Positions 54,750 to 64,000 of a DNA stretch of 64,000 bases are shown one piece after another. The notes under the pieces are model-generated. The model made no database searches. It had not been told where the DNA came from and saw only the letters and a list, made by a program, of their open reading frames with translations. Both the position numbers and the translations under genes were made by a program. This DNA comes from Escherichia coli (GTDB taxonomy: Bacteria > Pseudomonadota > Gammaproteobacteria > Enterobacterales > Enterobacteriaceae): assembly GCF_050920415.1 (NCBI RefSeq), contig NZ_CP169309.1, one strand, 5' to 3'. Positions within the stretch are counted from its first letter, which is position 1; each line of letters starts with the position of its first letter.

Positions 54750-55070
54750 TTAGCGGTTGATGGTTGCTTTTTTCGGGTCATACCATCTCGGCCATTCTTT
54801 CAGGAATGGGAATGAGTCGGGAGCGTGGTTCTTTTTGTACGATTTAAGCAGCCTTAACCGCTCTATCGCACACTCATAAACCTCTTGTTGCCCTGTAGTC
54901 ATCTCGGTCCATGAAAGGTGATCCATTGATAAGACAACGTTTTCAGCTTCTTTTATGAGGGCGTTTTTATTTCTCACCGCAGCAGCATGGCTGACAGAGC
55001 AATCCTGCCATATTCTTAAAAGCCAAATAGCTAAGCAGATAAAAAAAATGGTAGATAGCGATATATACAC
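54750..55070 (-). CDS. small membrane protein, N-terminal TM helix (GTG start after AAGGAGG)
   Basis: 106 aa from GTG at 55070 with strong SD 5 nt upstream; the longer ORF to 55286 overlaps the divergent gene. Confidence 0.4.
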   Translation of the reverse strand: MYISLSTIFFICLAIWLLRIWQDCSVSHAAAVRNKNALIKEAENVVLSMDHLSWTEMTTGQQEVYECAIERLRLLKSYKKNHAPDSFPFLKEWPRWYDPKKATINR

Positions 55071-55100
55071 ACCAACCTCCTTAGTTTTGAGCAGGATACC

Positions 55101-55466
55101 ATGAAAAAAGTTAACATTGGAAACGTACCAAAGATGCTCGTACCGCTCTTTGAGAGCGGTACAATTGTGTTTTGTAGAGACTTTCCAGAATGGCAACGCC
55201 TGCATCAAAAACTTGGCGTTGACGTGCATGACTCGGACGCCAACGGAGCGTCTCATACAATGAGTAGCGAGAATGGTGTTTTGCATGTGATAGGCGTGTT
55301 CAATGGCAAACTATCTACTATTGCCCATGAGTGCGCTCACATGGCATTCGATATCTGCTCAAGGGTAGGTGTTGATGTTGAACCAGGAAGAGCCAACGAG
55401 ACTTACTGCTACTTAATGAGCAGGCTTGTTGAGTTCTGCGAGCGACATATCAAAAAGCCGGAGTGA
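55101..55466 (+). CDS. small protein with HExxH motif (HECAH), candidate minimal zinc metallopeptidase
   Basis: 121 aa; motif read from translation; divergent from the membrane-protein gene. Confidence 0.45.
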   Translation: MKKVNIGNVPKMLVPLFESGTIVFCRDFPEWQRLHQKLGVDVHDSDANGASHTMSSENGVLHVIGVFNGKLSTIAHECAHMAFDICSRVGVDVEPGRANETYCYLMSRLVEFCERHIKKPE

Positions 55467-55479
55467 CCCGGCTTGATTA

Positions 55480-55660
55480 TTACTTTTTGCTGTCTGGAGT
55501 TCGCTTATCCAATACCCAGCCATGACCTGGCTTTGTTGTTGGTGGAAGCCTTTCGTTGTCCTTGACGGTGGCAAAATTGTCTTTCTTACCGCCGCGTGGG
55601 CCAACTTCTTGGTATATTCCGCCGTTTTTTCCTGTGTTTTCACCTGGTTTTTTCGCCATG
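55480..55660 (-). CDS. small hydrophilic protein, 60 aa
   Basis: ATG with GAGG-like SD; MAKKPGENTGKNGGIYQEVGPRGGKK. Confidence 0.35.
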
Positions 55661-55758
55661 ATATACCTCAACATACACCCGTTATTGGGCGATTAAATAT
55701 TGATCTCATTTTATAAGTAGTCAATATGGCCCAGGTAAATGCAAAAATTAACTCACCG

Positions 55759-56010
55759 TCAGGTGGTTTTTTTGTACAAATCCTTCAGCGTATCAAACAC
55801 CATCTTCTTAACAAGATCTGACTGCTCATCAGCGAGTCGTTCTGCATCGTCACGATATCCAGTCACAGGCGATGGTTTTGATAGAGCATCTTGGACGATT
55901 TGCAACAATTCTGAGTTCATTGATCTACCATTTGACTCTGCTCTGTATTTTAATTTTTCTCTTACTTCCAAAGGCATGCGGAAGTTAAAGTGCGGATCGT
56001 CTCTAGCCAT
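55759..56010 (-). CDS. mnt: Mnt repressor (ribbon-helix-helix)
   Basis: 83 aa, near-identical to remembered P22 Mnt. Confidence 0.85.
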   Translation of the reverse strand: MARDDPHFNFRMPLEVREKLKYRAESNGRSMNSELLQIVQDALSKPSPVTGYRDDAERLADEQSDLVKKMVFDTLKDLYKKTT

Positions 56011-56033
56011 GCCATCACTCCAAGTTAGTATCT

Positions 56034-56297
56034 TTAACTTTCGTCTTTATTGTTGCCATACATGCATTTCAACTTCTCAACATCATGTTCAAGATCTATC
56101 AATCGTGATGCTATAGTTGCAAGGTCTAGTGCTTGAATGTGTTTATTTTTTTCGGTCCATGCTTCAAGTGCCGCGACCATCTCAGCATTTAATGAACGAG
56201 AATTAGCCTCAGCCAGTTCAATAAGACGTTCCTTTATCTCTACAGGAAGCCTCAGATTCACTTGAGGGTTTTTGTACTTACGATCAGACATCGGCAC
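56034..56297 (-). CDS. ribbon-helix-helix protein (Arc/MetJ-like) upstream of mnt
   Basis: N-terminal VNLRLPVEIKERLIELAEANSRSLNAEMVAALEAW RHH pattern. Confidence 0.5.
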   Translation of the reverse strand: MPMSDRKYKNPQVNLRLPVEIKERLIELAEANSRSLNAEMVAALEAWTEKNKHIQALDLATIASRLIDLEHDVEKLKCMYGNNKDES

Positions 56298-56396
56298 ATC
56301 CTGAATAATTTTTTACCACAGGATATGTAGGTATCTATTGACTATCAATGCGTACCTAAATACTATGTATGCGTACCACATACAACGGAGGATGCA

Positions 56397-56537
56397 ATGA
56401 AGGTAAAAACACTGCGTATGCCAGAGAAGTTAGAAAAAATCCTTGAAGAGAAAGCAAAGGAAGAGTGTCGCTCATTTAGCGCAGAAGTAATTAAACGGGT
56501 GATGGACAGCCTGAAGAGAGATGGGGTGGCGATATGA
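56397..56537 (+). CDS. Arc-like ribbon-helix-helix repressor
   Basis: 46-aa ORF with GGAGG SD; divergent from mnt; upstream of the ant-position gene. Confidence 0.55.
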   Translation: MKVKTLRMPEKLEKILEEKAKEECRSFSAEVIKRVMDSLKRDGVAI

Positions 56538-57439
56538 ATAAAGAAGATGGCTTTAAGTGCTCCTTCTGCTGAAAGCCTCAGCATGAATGTGCAATGTTGA
56601 TTCGCGCTAAAGCAGAGATATTTATCTGTAATGGTTGTGTATCTCTTTGCGTTGAAGCGATGGGGAAAGAGTTAAATTCTAGAAAAACAATGTTAGATGT
56701 GAGCATAAAACAGTGAAGCCCCAACTGCGGTAACAGTCAGGGCTTCGGTATCAACAAAACTTACGAGGTATTATTGATATGTCAAGCTTAGCAAAGTCAA
56801 CTGTAAATTGCACTAATAGCATCATCATTTCTGACGTCAAGATTCATATGGATTCAGAGGGTCGTTACTCGCTTAATGACCTTCATGTAGCGTCTGGAAA
56901 GGAGGAAAAACATCAGCCAGCTTTCTTCATGCGTAGAAATGAAACTATTGAATTGATTAATGAAATTTTTAATTCTGCGGATATGCAGAATAAGAATCCC
57001 GTCATTTCTAAGAAAGGTAGATATGGTGGAACATACGTGTGCAAGGAGCTTGTTTACTCCTACGCCATGTGGATTAGCGCAGCATTTGCGCTGAAGGTTA
57101 TCCGCGCATATGACGCAATGGTTACTGCCACACAAGAGAGGAAGGCTATTGGCGGTAAAACTTCAGTAGCTGAACGCACGCCGCTACGCGATGCAGTAAA
57201 CATGCTGGTAGGAAAGAAAGGACTTCGCTATGACGATGCATACAATATGGTTCATCAGCGTTTTGGTATTGACAGCATTGATGAACTTTCAATTGAACAA
57301 ATCCCGCTGGCCGTAGAGTACATCCACAGGGTAGTGCTTGAAGGTGAGTAGACTGGCCCCCTGAATCTCCAGACAACCAGTATCACTTAAATAAGTGATA
57401 GTCTTAATACTAGTTTTTAGACTAGTCATTGGAGAACAG

Positions 57440-57805
57440 ATGATTGATGTCTTAGGGCCGGAGAAACGCAGACGGCGTACCACACAGGAAAAGATCGCAA
57501 TTGTTCAGCAGAGCTTTGAACCGGGGATGACGGTCTCCCTCGTTGCCCGGCAACATGGTGTAGCAGCCAGCCAGTTATTTCTCTGGCGTAAGCAATACCA
57601 GGAAGGAAGTCTTACTGCTGTCGCCGCCGGAGAACAGGTTGTTCCTGCCTCTGAACTTGCTGCCGCCATGAAGCAGATTAAAGAACTCCAGCGCCTGCTC
57701 GGCAAGAAAACGATGGAAAATGAACTCCTCAAAGAAGCCGTTGAATATGGACGGGCAAAAAAGTGGATAGCGCACGCGCCCTTATTGCCCGGGGATGGGG
57801 AGTAA
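57440..57805 (+). CDS. insC: IS2 transposase OrfA
   Basis: [26 protein letters not shown] recognised. Confidence 0.9.
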
Positions 57806-58668
57806 GCTTAGTCAGCCGTTGTCTCCGGGTGTCGCGTGCGCAGTTGCACGTCATTCTCAGACGAACCGATGACTGGATGGATGGCCGCCGCAGTCGTCAC
57901 ACTGATGATACGGATGTGCTTCTCCGTATACACCATGTTATCGGAGAGCTGCCCACGTATGGTTATCGTCGGGTATGGGCGCTGCTTCGCAGACAGGCAG
58001 AACTTGATGGTATGCCTGCGATCAATGCCAAACGTGTTTACCGGATCATGCGCCAGAATGCGCTGTTGCTTGAGCGAAAACCTGCTGTACCGCCATCGAA
58101 ACGGGCACATACAGGCAGAGTGGCCGTGAAAGAAAGCAATCAGCGATGGTGCTCTGACGGGTTCGAGTTCTGCTGTGATAACGGAGAGAGACTGCGTGTC
58201 ACGTTCGCGCTGGACTGCTGTGATCGTGAGGCACTGCACTGGGCGGTGACTACTGGCGGCTTCAACAGTGAAACAGTACAGGACGTCATGCTGGGAGCGG
58301 TGGAACGCCGCTTCGGCGACGATCTTCCGTCGTCTCCAGTGGAGTGGCTGACGGATAATGGTTCATGCTACCGGGCTAATGAAACACGCCAGTTCGCCCG
58401 GATGTTGGGACTTGAACCGAAGAACACGGCGGTGCGGAGTCCGGAGAGTAACGGAATAGCAGAGAGCTTCGTGAAAACGATAAAGCGTGACTACATCAGT
58501 ATCATGCCCAAACCAGACGGGTTAACGGCAGCAAAGAACCTTGCAGAGGCGTTCGAGCATTATAACGAATGGCATCCGCATAGTGCGCTGGGTTATCGCT
58601 CGCCACGGGAATATCTGCGGCAGCGGGCTTGTAATGGGTTAAGTGATAACAGATGTCTGGAAATATAG
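57763..58668 (+). CDS. insD: IS2 transposase OrfB (DDE domain)
   Basis: 301 aa recognised as IS2 InsD. Confidence 0.9.
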
Positions 58669-59105
58669 GGGCAAATCCAGTGAGTTCATTGGCAAACAAG
58701 AGAAGAAAACCAACGAGCTTTCTGCAAAAGAAGCAAACAGCCTTGTATGGTTATGGGATTATGCCAACCGCTCACAGGCATTATTCCGCGAATTGTATCC
58801 GGCATTAAAACAAATTCAATCGAACTATTCCGGCAGATGTCATGACTGCGGTTATGAGTTCTCCCGTATTATCGATATAGCGAGAGACGTTTTAATTAAT
58901 CACACACGAGATGTTGATATCAATGAGCCAGACGGACCAACGAATCTTTCCGCATGGATGAGACTTAAGAATAAAGAATTACCTCCTTCAGTACATAATT
59001 ACTGACAGATAACCAACGCAACGACCCAGCTTCGGCTGGGTTTTTTTATGCCCAAAATTCACCGTAGCCATGCTGCGGCGATTCCTTGTATCTGGAGCAA
59101 ATTAA

Positions 59106-61063
59106 ATGACAGACATTACAGCCAATGTTGTAGTGAGCATGCCTTCGCAACTCTTTACTATGGCCCGCTCTTTTAAAGCCGTAGCTAATGGTAAAATTTA
59201 TATCGGTAAAATTGACACTGACCCGGTAAATCCTGAAAACCAGATTCAGGTTTATGTAGAGAACGAAGACGGCTCTCACGTTCCTGTTTCGCAACCAATC
59301 ATCATTAACGCTGCTGGATATCCGGTATATAACGGACAGATTGCCAAATTCGTAACTGTGCAAGGCCATTCTATGGCTGTATATGATGCGTATGGTGCAC
59401 AGCAGTTCTATTTTCCTAATGTGCTGAAGTATGACCCTGATCAGTTTAAGCAGCAGTTAGAAAGCGATGCTGATGGAATGGGAGATGCATTAGTTACAGT
59501 TAAACAACCGTACACTGGTGCTACTTCTATTTCACAGCACATTAAAAATTCACAGGCTATAAGTGTTATTGATTTTGGCGCTACAATTGACGGAACGCTT
59601 CACCCTTTAAGCGAGATATTTTCAACACTATCAGCCGCTCAGATGGTATATCCATTTGTTTCATCTCTATCTCAATCTGTTGATTATGCTGCGCTTCAGT
59701 CCGCATGTAACACGGGAAAAACAGTGCTTATTCCAAAGGGAACTGGTTACTATAATTCAACTATTTTTCTGAAAAACTCCGTCAGGATTGTTGGAGAGGG
59801 AACTGATACAATAAATAGAGCGCAATCATTTATGTCTATTGTTGGTAATATTTCAGCCTTTGCTTTAGATCAAGGTGATTCACTATCGACAAAAATGATT
59901 CAGATTTTTATTGATGGTCTTTATATTTTCTATGATCCAGGAACCACACCAACGAATCCTGAAGATGATGGTGGGAAAATTGCATTTAATTTCTACTCGA
60001 CAATTCCAAATTCAACAAGCTTGGAAATGTCTGAAATTAAAAACTGTACAGTTCATGGTGCATGGTCATGCTTTAATGATCAGACTGGCACATACTTGAC
60101 AAAACTTACGAATGTGTGGGCCAGAAACTGCCATAATGGTTTTACAAAAGGAACTGGCACTACCATTCTGATGGAAAGATGTTATACATCTGGATGTATA
60201 TCACCATATCAGTTTGGTTCTGTCTTTGCAGCTACAATGATTAACTGTGCCATGGATGGATCAAATATTTCGTTAAACGCAGGTTCGCTTGGTGGGGCTG
60301 GCGTTCATGTTCTTAACACACATAGTTTTAACATTATTGGTTTTGATGCGGAGGGTAACACCATCTCTACAGATGGTTATGGAGAGGCAGCACTATTCCA
60401 TTTCGAAAATAGTAGTGGTGGCATTTCTGGCCTGACTGCACATCAGAACAGCATGCGAAGTGTTGCGCCAAGTGATGCTGGTGTAGTTTCCTACATCAGG
60501 GCGTCAGGTAGCAGCGATGTAAAATTGAGTCATCAGAAGATGATTTATCTGACACCAACACAGTTGCATATACTGGGTCTGGGTATCCCATCATGCTACA
60601 TGCAACTGACACAGCTAAAATAAGCGTCTTTAATAGCAGATTCAGGGCGACTACCACTGGTACCCCTGTCTTAAGTACGCTAAGTACTGGTGATGTATCA
60701 TGGTATGACTGCCCTAAAAAAACAGGACTTATCGTAGATGGTTATTCACAAATAACATCTAAGGAAGGATTGCAAACATCATGCTTCTATACCAGTAAAG
60801 GCTCTACTGCTGTTGCTGAAAATACTCCGACAACACTTTTCTCTCTACCAGATTCGCAAGGTACTTACATTATTAGCGTATGGGGGGCTGGAAGCGGAGA
60901 AAATTACGCATCTACACAACTGGCAATGTATGATGGAGATAAGCTAATTCTTGTTGCGTTAAAAATAGCAGCATTTCTTAGTTTTTCAGCAACAGGGAGA
61001 ATTGTAACCATTACAAGCCAGGGCACAGGCACTTTTAATTGGACCTACACAAAAATAGGTTAA
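59106..61063 (+). pseudogene. tailspike (P22 gp9-type head-binding N-terminus) split into two overlapping ORFs, 59106-60623 and 60593-61063; apparent frameshift
   Basis: N-terminus [34 protein letters not shown] matches P22 tailspike head-binding domain; second frame is open from 60512 with no SD-preceded start. Confidence 0.6.
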
Positions 61064-61206
61064 TATATTTTGAACTATCTACGTTATTTAGTTCGTTAAG
61101 TAGACATAGGGCGGTTATCTCTGTTGCTGGTGAGAAAAAAATGAGAAACACAAAGCTTTGCACTGTATTGCAAGGCTTTGCGCTCTTCGATAGTGGTTAA
61201 GGTGGA

Positions 61207-62400
61207 TCACTCCACCTTTTCATCAATCCAATCCGCCCACCACTGCATCATTTCTCTGCGCTTATCGAGATACTGAGCATGGTTGTAAATTCCGCGCACA
61301 GATCCGCCGTTGGCATGTGCCAGTTGCACTTCAATAGCATCAGCAGGCCATTCGTGCTCGTTCATAATCGTGCTGAATTCATGCCTGAATCCGTGACCGC
61401 TTTCCAGACCTTCATAGCCGATTTGTTTGATCACAAGCAGTACCGCGTTCTCGCAGATTGGCTTCTTCTTATCGTTGCGCCCGGCAAAAACAAACTCTGA
61501 TACTGGTTTGGTGATTGAGCTTAGCGTAGTGAGAAGTTCAACCACCTGGTCCGACATCGGGACAACATGAATCTTGCGTCCCTTCATCACACTGGCGTCG
61601 ATAGTGATAATCCTGTTTTCAAAATCGACGTTCTTCCATTGCATGGAACGAAGCTCTTTCGTTCTTAGGGCTGTGTAGCGTAAAACTTTGGTCGCAATGA
61701 GCGATACGATACTTCCTGAAAATGTTGCCAGTGCTTTGTTGAATGCAGGGATCTGGTCTGCAGGAAGAAACGGGAAGTTCTTCTTGCGGTATCCCTTCAT
61801 GGCGTCAGCAAGGTCAGGTGCCGGGTTATATTTAGCCCTTCCGGTGACAATAGCGTAACGGAAAACCTCGCCGCATCTTCTGCGTGCTTTGTTGGCTCGC
61901 TCCATTGCACCGCGATCTTCAAATCTGCGGATTACTTCCAGAAGTTGCATCGGCTCAATATCCTGAATTTCAAGGCTGCCGATGATAGGTAAAATGTCGT
62001 CATCAAACATTTTGGCAAGTTCAGTTGCATAGCCTACTGACCAGACTTGCTTCTTGTGCTCGTACCATTCCTTGTAAATCGCACTAAAGGAATTGTTGTT
62101 AGACGAAGCCTTTTTCGCCTTTACCGGATCGATACCAACCGAGATGTCTTTCCTCGCAGTCCATGCTTTATCCCTTGCCTCCTGCAAAGTCATAAGCGGA
62201 TATTTTCCGACGGTCAGGATTTTCTCCTTACCGTCAATCTTGTAGCGAAGCTGCCATACCTTTTTCCCTGACACAGGGACATAAAGGTACAGGCCATTAC
62301 CATCGAGAAGGCGGTATGGTTTTTCTTTCGGCTTTGCTGCTTCAATCTGCTTAACGGTGAGCATGGGTAAAAATCCGGTGGGTAAAATTATTTTATCCAC
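61207..62400 (-). CDS. intS: tyrosine integrase (IntS / KplE1-Sf6 type); likely start is the internal ATG at 62364
   Basis: C-terminal catalytic signature R..HGFRHEFST..Y; adjacent to argW. Confidence 0.9.
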   Translation of the reverse strand: MDKIILPTGFLPMLTVKQIEAAKPKEKPYRLLDGNGLYLYVPVSGKKVWQLRYKIDGKEKILTVGKYPLMTLQEARDKAWTARKDISVGIDPVKAKKASSNNNSFSAIYKEWYEHKKQVWSVGYATELAKMFDDDILPIIGSLEIQDIEPMQLLEVIRRFEDRGAMERANKARRRCGEVFRYAIVTGRAKYNPAPDLADAMKGYRKKNFPFLPADQIPAFNKALATFSGSIVSLIATKVLRYTALRTKELRSMQWKNVDFENRIITIDASVMKGRKIHVVPMSDQVVELLTTLSSITKPVSEFVFAGRNDKKKPICENAVLLVIKQIGYEGLESGHGFRHEFSTIMNEHEWPADAIEVQLAHANGGSVRGIYNHAQYLDKRREMMQWWADWIDEKVE

Positions 62401-62520
62401 TTTTTACCCGTCATGGTGTGCGGCTGTCAACGATCTGACGCGAACCATGACGAACTGTGAATCTACGGAAGGCTTGATATTCAGGGGATTTTGCGGACTG
62501 GTACGGATGGGAGCGAACTG

Positions 62521-62540
62521 ATAAATGGTGTCCCCTGCAG
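62521..62540. repeat. prophage att core, integrase/argW-proximal copy
   Basis: Exact repeat of 22364-22383. Confidence 0.8.
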
Positions 62541-62600
62541 GAATCGAACCTGCAATTAGCCCTTAGGAGGGGCTCGTTATATCCATTTAACTAAGAGGAC
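62526..62600 (-). tRNA. argW: tRNA-Arg (argW)
   Basis: Reverse strand reads GTCCTCTTAGTTAAATGGATATAACGAGCCCCTCCTAAGGGCTAATTGCAGGTTCGATTCCTGCAGGGGACACCA, 75 nt with T-arm and CCA end. Confidence 0.9.
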
Positions 62601-62675
62601 AATGCGGCATGAGTATACCCGCTAATGCTCAGCGGGGTAAGTACACTGCCGCTCGATTGCTTAAACCCTCGCCAT

Positions 62676-63608
62676 TTATGCCGGGTTTTTATCATTTTTC
62701 TTAATGTTTTCCGCACGTTCTGCTTTTTGTCGTGCTTCTGCTTTGCGCTTGTTGCTCATGTCGTTACGGATCTGTGCATGACTCATTAACGCGAATATAA
62801 AGGTGCCGCCGCAGATGTTTCCTGCCAGAGTAGGCAGCGCGAAGGGCCAGATGAAATCGCTCCAGTGCAGCGTGCCGTTAAATACCAGATAGAGGATTTC
62901 TACAGAACCGACAACGATGTGGGTGGTGTCTCCGAGGGCGATAAGCCAGGTCATTAATATAATCACTACAATCTTTGCCGCACCCGCTGCAGGAAACATC
63001 CATACCATAGTGGCGATCAGCCAGCCGGAAATGATCGCGTTGGCAAACATCTCACTGGGGGTGTTCTTCATCACATCCATGCCGATTTTTACAAATGCAT
63101 CGCGAGTTTCTTCATTAAAGATAGGCATATATTCAAATGCCCACGCCGCAATACCTGTCCCGAGAATATTCCCCAGCAGCACGACGCCCCATAACCGCAT
63201 AAGTAAGCCGACGTTGCTCATTGTCGGTTTTTGCATGACGGGTAGTACCGCAGTCACGGTGTTTTCGGTAAATAATTGCTGGCGGGCCATAATGACGATA
63301 ATAAAGCCAAAGGTATAACCGAGATTCTCCAGCAAGAAACTGCCCGGCACGCCTTCCAGTTCGACATGAAATATCCCTTTTGCCAGTAGTGAAGCGCCCA
63401 TCGACAGACCCGCCGCAATGGCTGACCACAGTAGCGCCATTGCGTCGCGTTCCAGCTCTTTTTCACCATCCTGGCGGATATGTTCATGAATTGCCATCGC
63501 CCGGGAGGGGAGTCGGTCTTCATCTATTTCTATTTTTTTGCCGCGTTCTTTTTCTTCGCTCTCAACTTCAATTTCGTCGCTGTGTTGATCAATTTTGTCG
63601 TTGTCCAT
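62676..63608 (-). CDS. yfdC: formate/nitrite transporter family inner-membrane protein YfdC
   Basis: 310 aa polytopic membrane protein; synteny next to argW. Confidence 0.8.
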   Translation of the reverse strand: MDNDKIDQHSDEIEVESEEKERGKKIEIDEDRLPSRAMAIHEHIRQDGEKELERDAMALLWSAIAAGLSMGASLLAKGIFHVELEGVPGSFLLENLGYTFGFIIVIMARQQLFTENTVTAVLPVMQKPTMSNVGLLMRLWGVVLLGNILGTGIAAWAFEYMPIFNEETRDAFVKIGMDVMKNTPSEMFANAIISGWLIATMVWMFPAAGAAKIVVIILMTWLIALGDTTHIVVGSVEILYLVFNGTLHWSDFIWPFALPTLAGNICGGTFIFALMSHAQIRNDMSNKRKAEARQKAERAENIKKNDKNPA

Positions 63609-63902
63609 GGTCTCTTCTCTTGAATTAGCACGTATAGCTAAAGCGTAGCGGCTTTTTTGCTCGCAACTGGCGGGAGTTACTCTGAAAATGTAGAAAAGGC
63701 TGTGTTTGCCTTTTTCTGTTTCTATAGAATCAAGTAGCCTACAGGGCGTCGATTACCAGGCTATGATCAAATCAGCAAATCAGGGCGTCTGGACATCAGT
63801 TGACGTGCTGTTACAATCGCCCACACCTAAACAGGCGGATACGGTATCGTTCCGTCATGGATGGCAAACTGCATAAGCCATAAAAAAAACAGGGAGACAT
63901 TT

Positions 63903-64000
63903 ATGAAGCTTCGCCTGTCGGCGCTTGCTCTTGGAACTACGCTTCTGGTGGGGTGTGCGAGTTCCGGTACAGATCAGCAAGGGCGTTCTGACCCATTAGA
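63903..64000 (+). CDS. mlaA: MlaA (VacJ) lipoprotein, 5' fragment; continues past window end
   Basis: MKLRLSALALGTTLLVGCASSGTDQQGRSDP with lipobox LVGC; AGGGAGA SD. Confidence 0.8.
   Translation, partial: MKLRLSALALGTTLLVGCASSGTDQQGRSDPL

Larger units (their letters stand above)
57349..58679 (+). mobile_element. IS2 insertion sequence (1331 bp) with 5-bp target site duplication GTGAG
   Basis: Ends TAGACTGGCCCC...GGGGCAAATCCA; InsC/InsD ORFs; GTGAG at 57344-57348 and 58680-58684. Confidence 0.9.
56779..59005 (+). pseudogene. antirepressor-position gene (KilA-N-like N-terminus) interrupted by IS2; halves 56779-57348 and 58685-59005
   Basis: Reading frame is continuous across the IS2 boundaries (...VVLEGE | FIGKQEKK...); stop codon supplied by first IS2 bases. 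Confidence 0.7.

Noticed and set aside
54750-55286. Long 178-aa reverse-strand ORF
   Set aside because: Its first ~70 codons overlap the divergent HExxH ORF and lack an SD; a GTG at 55070 with AAGGAGG gives a more plausible 106-aa product. Remains uncertain.
61207-62400. Integrase start at GTG 62400 (MDKIILPTGFLP...)
   Set aside because: The integrase N-terminus I recall begins MLTVKQIEAAKP, so the internal ATG at 62364 is preferred; the upstream extension overlaps putative arm sites.

Overview
This window reads as an Escherichia coli chromosomal segment in three parts. (1) Positions 1-16.6 kb are conserved backbone: lpxP (5' fragment), yfdY, ypdI, yfdX-frc-oxc-yfdV-yfdE (oxalate/formyl-CoA operon), evgS-evgA, emrK-emrY and dsdA. 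(2) Positions 16.8-22.4 kb are a sucrose-utilisation island (cscR, cscA, cscK, cscB) that has replaced dsdC and most of dsdX; only the last ~57 codons of dsdX remain. (3) Positions 22.36-62.54 kb are a ~40 kb mosaic lambdoid prophage integrated in the 3' end of tRNA-Arg (argW), bounded by a 20-bp direct repeat, followed by argW, yfdC and the start of mlaA. The prophage combines a KplE1/Sf6-type integrase and TorI-like excisionase at opposite ends, a lambda-type immunity region (cI, cro, OL, OR), lambda-like nin/Q/S-R-Rz modules, and P22-like packaging, head, ejection, Mnt/Arc and tailspike genes. It carries three apparent lesions: an IS2 insertion with a 5-bp target duplication in the antirepressor-position gene, a frameshift in rusA, and a frameshift in the tailspike. 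The strongest candidate for an undescribed system is a two-gene, AT-rich cassette sitting directly downstream of cI in the slot that rexA-rexB occupy in lambda, ending in its own terminator before OL/pL. A second candidate cluster sits between the ejection-protein genes and mnt. No CRISPR array or rRNA was seen; the only RNA gene is argW. All protein identities are from reading the supplied translations against remembered family sequences and motifs; no database search was run.
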